Below, piece by piece: positions 1-8,815 of a stretch of DNA of 64,000 nt. Below the pieces are notes generated by a model that worked only from the letters and a program-made list of their open reading frames with translations, had not been told where the DNA came from and did no database searches. The position numbers were made by a program, and so were the translations under genes. Origin of the DNA: a virus (lineage: Duplodnaviria; Heunggongvirae; Uroviricota; Caudoviricetes); IMG/VR virus record IMGVR_UViG_3300032007_000008. One strand, given 5' to 3'. How positions within the stretch are numbered: the first letter of the stretch is position 1; every line of letters begins with the position of its first letter.

Positions 1-14
1 GGTTCAATACTGGT

Positions 15-380
15 GTGATGAACCATGACATAGAGTATATGGAGGAAGCCGTCGAGGGAGGTGCCAACATCTACAAACACAGCTATTGGCCTTACAAGTA
101 CGCCGCAAACCACAAGTATGAAGACATAATGGATTGGCTTGAGCAGCATGGAGCTTTGATACCAAAAGAAGACGAAGAGCATTATCTTACAAGCGAAATC
201 ATCAATTATACTCTAAGCGAAGAGGGAGAAAAACTGCTGAAGTCACACGGAATAATGCCAAACGGAAAGGATGGCAAATATACAAAGGAGCAGATAGAAA
301 GCTGCAAATCCATCCTCAATAAATATGAATATTTTAAGTATAAGAAGAAAATAGAGATTTCAGACTTGGCGACCAAATAA
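15..380 (+). CDS. ankyrin-repeat-like protein, probably 5'-truncated by the window edge
   Basis: EEAVEGGANIY...KYAANHKYEDIMDWLEQHGA resembles an ankyrin repeat. Confidence 0.4.
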   Translation: MMNHDIEYMEEAVEGGANIYKHSYWPYKYAANHKYEDIMDWLEQHGALIPKEDEEHYLTSEIINYTLSEEGEKLLKSHGIMPNGKDGKYTKEQIESCKSILNKYEYFKYKKKIEISDLATK

Positions 381-385
381 AATTA

Positions 386-414
386 TTGACACTTTCCGCC
401 TGTTGTGGTATACT
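386..414 (+). promoter_or_regulatory. sigma-70-type promoter with extended -10
   Basis: TTGACA-17 nt-TATACT with TGTG just upstream of the -10, ahead of uvsX. Confidence 0.65.
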
Positions 415-443
415 TATTGCCAAAAGAAAAAATAGGCATTGCC

Positions 444-2213
444 ATGTTTGATATAAAATCTCTGAAGAAAAAAGTTGAGTTGGTATCCCTCGACGAAGCA
501 GACCTAATAAAGCCGAAAGACTACATTTCCACTGGAAACCTTGCGGTAAACAAGATTATCTCAGGTTCCATGTTTCGTGGCATTCCGAATAACAGAATCA
601 CCACGTTCTACGGTGAATCCGGCTGTGTTCTGCCTGGGACAGGAATTTACGTAATAATGCAAATTGACAGTGATGTCAACAGCTATCTGCACGAAATAGA
701 GGATTCGAGAATCTTTGACGATTTTCTAAGCAGAATTCCCATTTCCGACAGGATGTTCCTTCTTCAAGACATAGGGTATTCGATGTCCGCAATCGGAAGA
801 AAGACAAAATTGAGTAGACAGACGCTCTACACCCTATTGAAGTCGTCACAGTGCAGACCCAGAAAAAACAGAAAAGAGCATTCTTCGTACTTCAAGATAA
901 ATGCTCTTATACGCAAGCACATATACAAAACCGAGATATCCAACATACCTAAGTTCTATGAGGTGAACAAGGACTTTCTCATTTTAACTCCTGTTGGTTT
1001 CCGTCGTTGCAGCAACCTTAACGACCGTGGTGAAAAGGACTGCTTGCAGTTCACGATTTCAGACTGCGACACCACGACGGTTTCAAAAGACCACGTAATA
1101 CAGCTTGCAGACGGAAAGTTCGAGTTCGCGGAAAACGTGTGGAACGAGTTCAAAAATGGAAACGAAAACATTGAGATTAGAACAATCTATGGAAATAAGA
1201 GGGTTCTCAACGTAAAAGACGCAGGCGTTCTGCGCGTATACGACATAGAGGTTGACGACGAATGCCACACATACTATGCAGACAACATAGTCGCGCACAA
1301 CTCTGGCAAGTCACTGATAGTCTCCGAGATAATAATCAACTCTTTGAAAGAGAAGAACTATGATGCCGTGTTCTATCTCGACTCCGAAGGCGGAATACTT
1401 TACGATAAGCTCATAAAGTCAGGAATAGACCAGACGAAATTCCTGCACGTGCCTGTTAGCACGGTAGAGGAATGCACGGAGACGTTGCAGAAGATTTACC
1501 ATGATATCAAGGAACAAAGAGATTTGGCCAAGGGAGATGAATCTAAGATGCCTCGTGTGCTTGTCGTCCTCGACTCTCTGTCCGGTCTGGTAACAACAAA
1601 GACCATAACGGATGCAGAAGGCGGAAAGGTCGTTCAGGACATGGGACTTAGCGCAAAGCTCAAGAACACCATGGTCAAATCGATGATGGTGACTGTCATG
1701 AAGACATGCTGCCCGCTCGTGGTAATAGCCCACGCCTATGCAAACATGAATGCAATGGGACCGCAGAAATTCCAGGAGATGGCCGGCGGAAACGGAATAC
1801 GATATGCTTCTCACATAGTCGTGCAGTCTTCAAAGTCTAGGAAGCGTCAGGAAGATGCAAGCCTTGGCTTGAAGGGCGGAGGTTCATACTATTCGGCAAA
1901 TGCGATAAGGTACATAACGTACAAGAACCGTCTTGTCAAAGAAGGTCTTGAGACAACGATGTATGTTGACCTGAACAAAGGTATATCGAAATATGCAGGA
2001 TTGTGGGACGATGCCGTTCGTCTTGGCTACATTCAGCAGCAGGGTGCTTGGTATACAGTTCCATCATGCTCCGAGCCTACAAAGAAGTTTCGTAAAGACG
2101 AAATTGCGGAGAACGACGACATATGGAATACATTCCTTGAGGATATGGACAAGCAGTTCATCAAGGAGACTGCATATGGTGTCGGAGAGATGCAGTCTGA
2201 CGAGGAGGCTTGA
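444..2213 (+). CDS. uvsX: RecA/UvsX-like recombinase containing an intein
   Basis: ISTGNLAVNKIISG; P-loop FYGESG|SGKS split by an intein; YLDSEG, VVLDSL, GGNGIRYAS, QQGAWY; ATG at 444 preferred over GTG 405. Confidence 0.9.
   Translation: MFDIKSLKKKVELVSLDEADLIKPKDYISTGNLAVNKIISGSMFRGIPNNRITTFYGESGCVLPGTGIYVIMQIDSDVNSYLHEIEDSRIFDDFLSRIPISDRMFLLQDIGYSMSAIGRKTKLSRQTLYTLLKSSQCRPRKNRKEHSSYFKINALIRKHIYKTEISNIPKFYEVNKDFLILTPVGFRRCSNLNDRGEKDCLQFTISDCDTTTVSKDHVIQLADGKFEFAENVWNEFKNGNENIEIRTIYGNKRVLNVKDAGVLRVYDIEVDDECHTYYADNIVAHNSGKSLIVSEIIINSLKEKNYDAVFYLDSEGGILYDKLIKSGIDQTKFLHVPVSTVEECTETLQKIYHDIKEQRDLAKGDESKMPRVLVVLDSLSGLVTTKTITDAEGGKVVQDMGLSAKLKNTMVKSMMVTVMKTCCPLVVIAHAYANMNAMGPQKFQEMAGGNGIRYASHIVVQSSKSRKRQEDASLGLKGGGSYYSANAIRYITYKNRLVKEGLETTMYVDLNKGISKYAGLWDDAVRLGYIQQQGAWYTVPSCSEPTKKFRKDEIAENDDIWNTFLEDMDKQFIKETAYGVGEMQSDEEA
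624..1301 (+). mobile_element. 226-aa intein in the UvsX Walker A motif
   Basis: Starts CVLPGT, block B TVSKDH, ends VYDIEVDDECHTYYADNIVAHN followed by Ser; removal restores GESGSGKS. Confidence 0.92.
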
Positions 2214-2614
2214 TGAAGAGAGTTGTCAGAAGAAAATATGCTTCCGTCTCGTTTGACGGAAGCAATCCCTCTAATTCCGAAAACGCCACAAAATCGGAGC
2301 AAGAACTTCTCATGAAGAAGGTTGAACGACAGTCCGCCTCTGCGAGGGGTCAGTCAAAGCCTACATCGGCAAAGGGTAGGAAGACGGTTGTCGTTGACAA
2401 GTCTCTCGAAGATTCGCTGAACGTCATAAGGGAATTTCTAAAGGTTCCAAAAGATGCAGATTTCGGGTTTCCGACTATCATAAACAAATTTCTTGAGCTT
2501 ATAACAAACTACATGAATCTTTACAGGGAACACGAAACTCTAAAAATCAAGTTCAAGAAAATGGTAGAGCAGCAGTCGAGGTCTTTACAGGATTTCGCGC
2601 CATCATGGAACTGA
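2213..2614 (+). CDS. hypothetical protein
   Basis: ORF coupled to the uvsX stop (TGATG). Confidence 0.6.
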   Translation: MKRVVRRKYASVSFDGSNPSNSENATKSEQELLMKKVERQSASARGQSKPTSAKGRKTVVVDKSLEDSLNVIREFLKVPKDADFGFPTIINKFLELITNYMNLYREHETLKIKFKKMVEQQSRSLQDFAPSWN

Positions 2615-2674
2615 CAAAAACCGTTTACAGGATTTCCACAATATGTTATAATGGTTGCGCGAGAGGACATATAG

Positions 2675-4189
2675 ATGCACACCAGCATAGAAAACGAAAC
2701 GGAATTTTCTGACTCGTTGGTTTCCGAGTGGATTTTACATGAGATTTTCAACAATTCGACTTATCTTGAAACACTATCTCGTGTAAACAACGAAAAGTGG
2801 TACAGCGATTATGAGGTTGGACTTCTGATTAGCCTCGTAATTGCGTATTACAACCGTCACCACGAGATTCCGACTACTGCGGCAATAGAGGGAAACATAA
2901 GCTATCTTGCCGAAAAGGGGCGTCTGAAGACTGAACCGTCTGAGCTTATCAGAAAGTTCAACGACATAACGACCACACACATAGACATAGACCAAGATAC
3001 CGTTAGGGAGTCTATAGAGCTGTTTGTGAAGAAAAGCGGTCTTTTCCAGTGCATAACAGACTATATTTCGGCCAAGACCGACATAGGAAACAGCAAAAAG
3101 AAGAACGTAACGTTTGAAAGTACATATGGAGAGATGTCCAAGTTCTATGAATTTAGATTGGACAATGACCTCGGTCTTCGTTATTTCGAGCAATTCGACA
3201 AGCAACTTGAGTATCTAATGAACCCCGACGTTCGCCTAAAGACCGGCGTCGATGCGATAGACACATGGACGAATGGAGGGATACCAAGCGAGGGAAACTG
3301 CCTATGTGCGTTTCAAGCTGGAACGAACGTCGGAAAAACTCTGTTTTTGGCAAATCTTGCATATAACATGCTAAAGCAGAACAAGTGCGTTGTGGTAATA
3401 ACCATGGAGATTTCCGCTTTGGGATACGGAAGAAGGCTTTCCGCACTGATAAGCGGATGCAATGTTGACTGTCTTGCCGCATATCACGATGAGCTTGAGA
3501 AAAATGTCAAGGCGTTTAAGGAGGAACACGACAAGGCCGTACTAATATTCAAGGAATATCCTATGCATGGGACTACTACAGGCGAGATAGACACCTACAT
3601 AGAGAGCTTAAAGCACGATGGGGTTAATCCAGACCTTGTTATTATAGACTATCTTAACCTTCTGACACCTTCGTTCTGCAACAAGAACGAACAGCAGTGG
3701 ATAAAGGTTGCAATAGTCTCCGAGCAGCTTAGGGCGATATCAAAAAAGTGGAAGATACCGTTTTTTACGGCAACGCAGAGTTCCAGGTCGTCATTGATGG
3801 ACCAAGAGACAAAACTTGCAGATATGTCGCAAAGTCTCGGTTTGGCGGTTGCCGCAGATTTGGTTCTCGGTCTTTACTGTTTTACAGAAGAAGAGGATGT
3901 CGTTCACATGAACTGCATAAAGAACAGGTTTGGCTCTAAGAACTATGTGTCTAGGATGTATAGGGTTGACAAAAATACACTTGAGCCTATGGACATAGGG
4001 GACTCAAAATCGGACGACGCTTCAGAGATAGTGAATCCGATAATGACCATACAGAAATCCGCAAAGGTTGTCGAAGCGGAGAAAAAGACTGAATCCGATA
4101 AAATCGTCGCTGAGCAGAAGATTTCAGTTCCATCTCCTAAAAGCAGTCCACTTTCATCAATAGGAAACGACGAATTCGAGCTGTTCTGA
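2675..4189 (+). CDS. DnaB-family replicative helicase (T4 gp41-like)
   Basis: Walker A AGTNVGKT, ITMEIS, VIIDYLNL, TATQSSR, KNRFG; follows uvsX as in T4-like phages. Confidence 0.9.
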   Translation: MHTSIENETEFSDSLVSEWILHEIFNNSTYLETLSRVNNEKWYSDYEVGLLISLVIAYYNRHHEIPTTAAIEGNISYLAEKGRLKTEPSELIRKFNDITTTHIDIDQDTVRESIELFVKKSGLFQCITDYISAKTDIGNSKKKNVTFESTYGEMSKFYEFRLDNDLGLRYFEQFDKQLEYLMNPDVRLKTGVDAIDTWTNGGIPSEGNCLCAFQAGTNVGKTLFLANLAYNMLKQNKCVVVITMEISALGYGRRLSALISGCNVDCLAAYHDELEKNVKAFKEEHDKAVLIFKEYPMHGTTTGEIDTYIESLKHDGVNPDLVIIDYLNLLTPSFCNKNEQQWIKVAIVSEQLRAISKKWKIPFFTATQSSRSSLMDQETKLADMSQSLGLAVAADLVLGLYCFTEEEDVVHMNCIKNRFGSKNYVSRMYRVDKNTLEPMDIGDSKSDDASEIVNPIMTIQKSAKVVEAEKKTESDKIVAEQKISVPSPKSSPLSSIGNDEFELF

Positions 4190-4229
4190 TTATGGTATAA
4201 TTTAATCATAGTATTAAATTTGCCGTAAA

Positions 4230-4745
4230 ATGAGCTTTAAGACAAAAAATGACATATGCATAATAGCGAATAAGAAGATAATCGTATCAAAAGCACCTCT
4301 TGAAAGATTGAAAAAGAGTGCGGAAACGAGAAAAAGACTTCGCGAAGAGCAGAACGTAAGGAACGAAAAACAGCAATCAAAGCACAAAGACCCTCTTGAT
4401 GCTCTTGGAAATTTCGTATCTGAGCTTGATTTGGACAAAATAGACGCAGACCTAGATTTCGAAAATGCACAAAGGGCTATAAAAGACATCATAGGTGAAG
4501 ACGGTGCGAACGCAGAATCGATTATAAACGAGGAAGTTGTATATAGACTATGTAAATCCTTCGACTATAACATGAGGCAGCTTCTCGAAATGCTCATGGA
4601 AAAGTTTCCATCAACGTTTACACTAGGGTTTGTTAAATCTAAAATAAAACCATTTATACTGAATTTGCAGAAGGAAAAGCTTGAGTACCAATCTACAGAC
4701 AGTTCAAACAGATGCGGATATAGAGCAATCTTCTCCGTCCTTTGA
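4230..4745 (+). CDS. hypothetical protein
   Basis: 171-aa ORF, co-oriented with neighbours. Confidence 0.55.
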   Translation: MSFKTKNDICIIANKKIIVSKAPLERLKKSAETRKRLREEQNVRNEKQQSKHKDPLDALGNFVSELDLDKIDADLDFENAQRAIKDIIGEDGANAESIINEEVVYRLCKSFDYNMRQLLEMLMEKFPSTFTLGFVKSKIKPFILNLQKEKLEYQSTDSSNRCGYRAIFSVL

Positions 4746-5415
4746 CAATATTTCTGCATCAGATGACGAAATAAACTATGCGTACAATCTGTTTCATGCG
4801 GAATCGATGAATCATTTTCGCCATGTCAGAATAAAGCTCAACAAAAATTTCAAGCCGAGAAAGAAACTCAACCCATATGAATGGAGTAATTTTCAGCATG
4901 TGATAGAACTGTGCAAGAGAAACGGCTTTAATGTAAAGAGCTACATAAAGTACTGTTTTCTCAACAGGCTTGTTCCGCATGGCAAGGGGAGGACGATATC
5001 CGATGTTTCTTATTTGATGAACTTTCCGCAGATTTCGGACTATTCGCAGAACAAGGAGAAAATAGAGAAACTGTATGCGATTTACATAAGCATACTGAAA
5101 AGTGTGTTGAAAATACGCGGAATGTGCAAAGAAACTGGATTTACTGTTCAGAAGACGATAAAAAACATACTGTCGTCTGGATTCATTTGCAGCTATGTCT
5201 CAACAGGAACAATATCGAGATACTTTCTTTCCATAATACCAAACATAGACACGATATTGTACGAAGCGACGAAGAACGATAGAAACGAAGAGCGTCATCT
5301 GATAGACGGTCTTTGCTCGACGATAAAGCAGTTCACCCCAAAGGCGAGGGAAGCCCTCGAAATGTTTTGGCCGGAATCTGCGAAAATGACAATCGCGGAA
5401 CTGTGCTCAAATTGA
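4681..5415 (+). CDS. hypothetical protein (start uncertain)
   Basis: 244-aa ORF just upstream of the SSB gene. Confidence 0.55.
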   Translation: MSTNLQTVQTDADIEQSSPSFDNISASDDEINYAYNLFHAESMNHFRHVRIKLNKNFKPRKKLNPYEWSNFQHVIELCKRNGFNVKSYIKYCFLNRLVPHGKGRTISDVSYLMNFPQISDYSQNKEKIEKLYAIYISILKSVLKIRGMCKETGFTVQKTIKNILSSGFICSYVSTGTISRYFLSIIPNIDTILYEATKNDRNEERHLIDGLCSTIKQFTPKAREALEMFWPESAKMTIAELCSN

Positions 5416-5488
5416 ACAAGAAAACTATTGCGAAAAATCGGTTTATGTGGTATACTATGACTCGTTGAAAGGATAATTAGGAACAATC

Positions 5489-6766
5489 ATGAAACTAATC
5501 AAGACAATCAATGCAAGCACCTCGGCATATGCCGGAAACAAGAGGCTGTACACGGACTTTTCGTTCAAGCCGTCTCCAAAGACGGATGAGAACGGTGTGG
5601 AGCTTCCCCCAAACAAGAGGTATTACGTACTTCGAATGCTGAATTTCGAAGGCCCTGACAGGACGGATTACCCGTTCATTCAGCGAAACGAGCACATCTG
5701 CTTCCATCGCGATTCTGACAACAAGGTTGTTGGCGTTGACAGGATTGTCTGTCCGTCCACCCCTTGGGCGAAAAACAAGCTTTATCAGAGTGGGGAGAAG
5801 ATTGCAAAGGGCTATTGCCCAATCTGCGAATACTCTTTCGAAAAGAATAAGGAGGCATGGAAGGTGCCCGGACAGGTTGACCGCACGTCTGCTCGCCTGG
5901 CGTCTGACACCAAGTCCGTATGGACTGTGTATCTTCCAGTCTATGTTGTTTCAGACCCCCACTATTCGGCAAACAACCAGCACCTTCGCGTTTTGAGGCT
6001 TACTGGAGATGCAGGAAAAGACGCTCTTGAGCGTTTGACAACGATTCTGAACGATTACACCAATCGCGGAATCAACTGCTATAACGGAGAAATGGGGATA
6101 AATATCGGCTTTCTTTGTGAATCGGTTCAGAAGACCCGCACGAACAAGAACGGCGAGGTATCAATCAACAAGAAAACAGGACAGCCGTATGTTTATACGG
6201 AAAATGTCATTACGGACATTCGCCCGATGGTGAAGAAGCAGTATGCTTATCCTGAAATCAATGACGCTGCTATCGAAGAGCTTGATTTTGATGGAACGTA
6301 TGGAGTTCCTGCGACAAAGGCGGAACTTGCCGAGTTCCTTAATCGCAACTGGCTCGACATCGGAGGCGGCGAAGACGATTTCGATGACGGTGCTGTGAGC
6401 AATTCCGATTTTGAAGCACCAGCAGCTTCCAATACGTCGGAGGCCGCTGCCGAGCCTACGGCTTCTACAGATACTTCTTCTACAGAGGATGATTTTGAGG
6501 ATTCTCCGTCAGATGGAGCATCGAAAGATACAGCGGATGACACAGCCGATGAATTCGATACTACCGATTCGGCAGAGCCACAGTCAACAGATGATATGAT
6601 TGGCAGCATCATTGGAAAATCCGCTGTAAAGGCATCAGTGGCAAAGGCACGTACAGCAACTTCTACGCCAAAGAAGTCTGCGACAAAGGTTATTCCGCCG
6701 AGCAACGAGGCAATTCGAAACGAGGCGGCGAACGGTTCGGTAGACCTTGACGACCTTCCGTTCTAA
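5489..6766 (+). CDS. single-stranded DNA-binding protein (gp32-like)
   Basis: His/Cys ligands (CPST...CPICE), VYVVSDP...NN, long acidic tail ending DLDDLPF. Confidence 0.7.
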   Translation: MKLIKTINASTSAYAGNKRLYTDFSFKPSPKTDENGVELPPNKRYYVLRMLNFEGPDRTDYPFIQRNEHICFHRDSDNKVVGVDRIVCPSTPWAKNKLYQSGEKIAKGYCPICEYSFEKNKEAWKVPGQVDRTSARLASDTKSVWTVYLPVYVVSDPHYSANNQHLRVLRLTGDAGKDALERLTTILNDYTNRGINCYNGEMGINIGFLCESVQKTRTNKNGEVSINKKTGQPYVYTENVITDIRPMVKKQYAYPEINDAAIEELDFDGTYGVPATKAELAEFLNRNWLDIGGGEDDFDDGAVSNSDFEAPAASNTSEAAAEPTASTDTSSTEDDFEDSPSDGASKDTADDTADEFDTTDSAEPQSTDDMIGSIIGKSAVKASVAKARTATSTPKKSATKVIPPSNEAIRNEAANGSVDLDDLPF

Positions 6767-6801
6767 AGTTTAAACGAGGTTCTCGTCCTTTCACCCTCGT
6801 T

Positions 6802-6830
6802 AGGCACTCCAAAAGAGTGCCTTTTTCTTT
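6802..6830 (+). terminator. intrinsic terminator
   Basis: AGGCACTC-caaaa-GAGTGCCT followed by a T-run. Confidence 0.8.
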
Positions 6831-6836
6831 ATCATC

Positions 6837-6844
6837 CTAAATAG
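6837..6844 (+). promoter_or_regulatory. putative late promoter CTAAATAG
   Basis: One of 9 exact copies found just upstream of genes; resembles the T4 late box TATAAATA. Confidence 0.7.
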
Positions 6845-6858
6845 TTTCACATTTCGAA

Positions 6859-8727
6859 ATGAACAATACTATGGAACTAAAAACCCCAACGGATGGTCTC
6901 ATTAAGAATGGAGAGCTGTATGGAATTCGCAATGCATATTCGAAGATGCTTGTCGAAAGCGCGGAGAAGAAGCAGAAAGACCAGCTTTTCAAGACAATTT
7001 ATGAGGCGGTAAAAGAGGCAGATTTTGATAAACTTACCAAATTTGCCAAAAAGAATACGAAACTTGCAACTATGGCAACCAAAAATGCTATTGCCAACGC
7101 AAGAAAGCGCGTAAAGTGCTGCTGTGACGAAGCCACAGTAGACGAGGTATGCAAGAAAGTTGAGACAATAATCACCTCCGAGCTTCCAAAGCCAAAGAAG
7201 CTTTCCGGAAAGCAGACCGCAAAGGGTGTTGGAAAGATGAAGGCTCGTAAGGTCATGTCGATAAACGAAGCTGGCGACTACGATGATGACGACAATTCCG
7301 ATGATTCGGAACCTGATGTTTCCGGGTTTTCCGTAGACCGTGCAGAAAAAGCAGGGTTCGGTCAGGGCGAAAAGCTTTCTCCAGATATTTTGAAGGAGAT
7401 TGACCGTCTTACGAAAGACGTTAAATATGACAAAGAGCTTACGCCAGAGATGAAGCGTGACCTAGCAAAACAGGGAATAGACACGGATGAGCTTGACGAT
7501 ACTCAGGATAATGTAGGACAGGGCGATTCTGACGGAAGCGATGCGACATCGAAAGAGCGTTCACGGCAGGCAAGTTCGGCAAGGCTGACAAGCCTCGACA
7601 ACCGTCCTGGAATGTCTAGGATGTCCGACGAGTTCGATAATCCAAATTCCGTTGGCGGAGAGGAATCAGACCCACGTAAGTATTTCGACTATTGCGTACA
7701 GGCAATCCGCATGTGCGTGACTGTTGGAAACCAGCAGCTTGGAAAGCCAGTCACAATCCACTTCGTAACTCCAACAGATTTTAATTATAAGGTTCAAAAT
7801 CTTTCTGATATGGAGCAGGTTGTAGATTTCATCAACAATATGACCGGCTTCTATTTCGACATAAACGACTATTCGTTTGACTTCTCGACAGCGGAAAAAA
7901 CAGGAAAGCGTCCTATGCTCATGGCCAAAAAGGTTCTTACTAGCGATGCTGTGCAGGGTAGCAAGGCGTTCAACAAATACTTTGGACCTGAAGGACAGTT
8001 CGCGGATTACCTTTACAATGCGGATGGAACGCCAAAGTTCTCTCCAGACTCAGAGGATGCACAGTCCCTTGAAGGAGCTGAGAAGGACGTTTCAGTAGTG
8101 TCTAAGTATCCTGTCATTTGGGTTGGCGCAAGAGTATATTCGAGAAACCACAAGACAGGAAAAGAACGCGAAATCAAACCACTTGATTTTCGCGGAACTG
8201 AAATTGTTGTAAAGGAATGCAGCGAAGTAAGCGAAGGAGCACTTGGAGCTGGAATTGGAAATGTCCTTGGAGGCATTATAGGAGGAACAGCTGGCTCTGC
8301 TTTCGGTCCTGTTGGTACTGTTGTCGGAACTATAGGCGGAAGAGCACTTGGTGCGGCACTTGGAGCTGGAAGTGGACGTAGACTTAAGGCTGCGGCAGGT
8401 TCTGCGGCAGGTGGTCTTGTCGGTGGCGGACTCGGTTCTGCCGCAGGAGCCGCTCTTGGTGGTTCAGACCTAGTAAACGAAGAGTCGAATTCCGAAAGGG
8501 AAGCACTAGCGAACGCTGTAACTGAATTCAGAAATGTTGCAGCTCAGCTGTTCAATGCTTCACAGACGACATTGCAGTCTGCACAGCAGATGGCAAGCGT
8601 ATGCAAAGACGAATCACTTTCTGCCGACGTAAGCAATGTTGTTGCTCAGGCTTCTTCGGTTCTCAACTCCGTGAAGAGACTGACGGTAGCATTCCAGAAT
8701 GGAGTATACGCAAAGCTCACAAAATAA
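6859..8727 (+). CDS. hypothetical protein with a glycine-zipper segment, possible internal virion protein
   Basis: GAGIGNVLGGIIGGTAGSAFGPVGTVVGTIGG... repeats; late promoter upstream. Confidence 0.6.
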   Translation: MNNTMELKTPTDGLIKNGELYGIRNAYSKMLVESAEKKQKDQLFKTIYEAVKEADFDKLTKFAKKNTKLATMATKNAIANARKRVKCCCDEATVDEVCKKVETIITSELPKPKKLSGKQTAKGVGKMKARKVMSINEAGDYDDDDNSDDSEPDVSGFSVDRAEKAGFGQGEKLSPDILKEIDRLTKDVKYDKELTPEMKRDLAKQGIDTDELDDTQDNVGQGDSDGSDATSKERSRQASSARLTSLDNRPGMSRMSDEFDNPNSVGGEESDPRKYFDYCVQAIRMCVTVGNQQLGKPVTIHFVTPTDFNYKVQNLSDMEQVVDFINNMTGFYFDINDYSFDFSTAEKTGKRPMLMAKKVLTSDAVQGSKAFNKYFGPEGQFADYLYNADGTPKFSPDSEDAQSLEGAEKDVSVVSKYPVIWVGARVYSRNHKTGKEREIKPLDFRGTEIVVKECSEVSEGALGAGIGNVLGGIIGGTAGSAFGPVGTVVGTIGGRALGAALGAGSGRRLKAAAGSAAGGLVGGGLGSAAGAALGGSDLVNEESNSEREALANAVTEFRNVAAQLFNASQTTLQSAQQMASVCKDESLSADVSNVVAQASSVLNSVKRLTVAFQNGVYAKLTK

Positions 8728-8747
8728 AAAACATCTAATAGAGCTAC

Positions 8748-8778
8748 AAGAGCGCGGCGAAAGTCGCGCTCTTTTGTT
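8748..8778 (+). terminator. intrinsic terminator
   Basis: AAGAGCGCGGC-gaaa-GTCGCGCTCTT then TTGTT. Confidence 0.8.
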
Positions 8779-8815
8779 ATTCCCAAGATTGTCAACTTAT
8801 GATATACTATATCGC

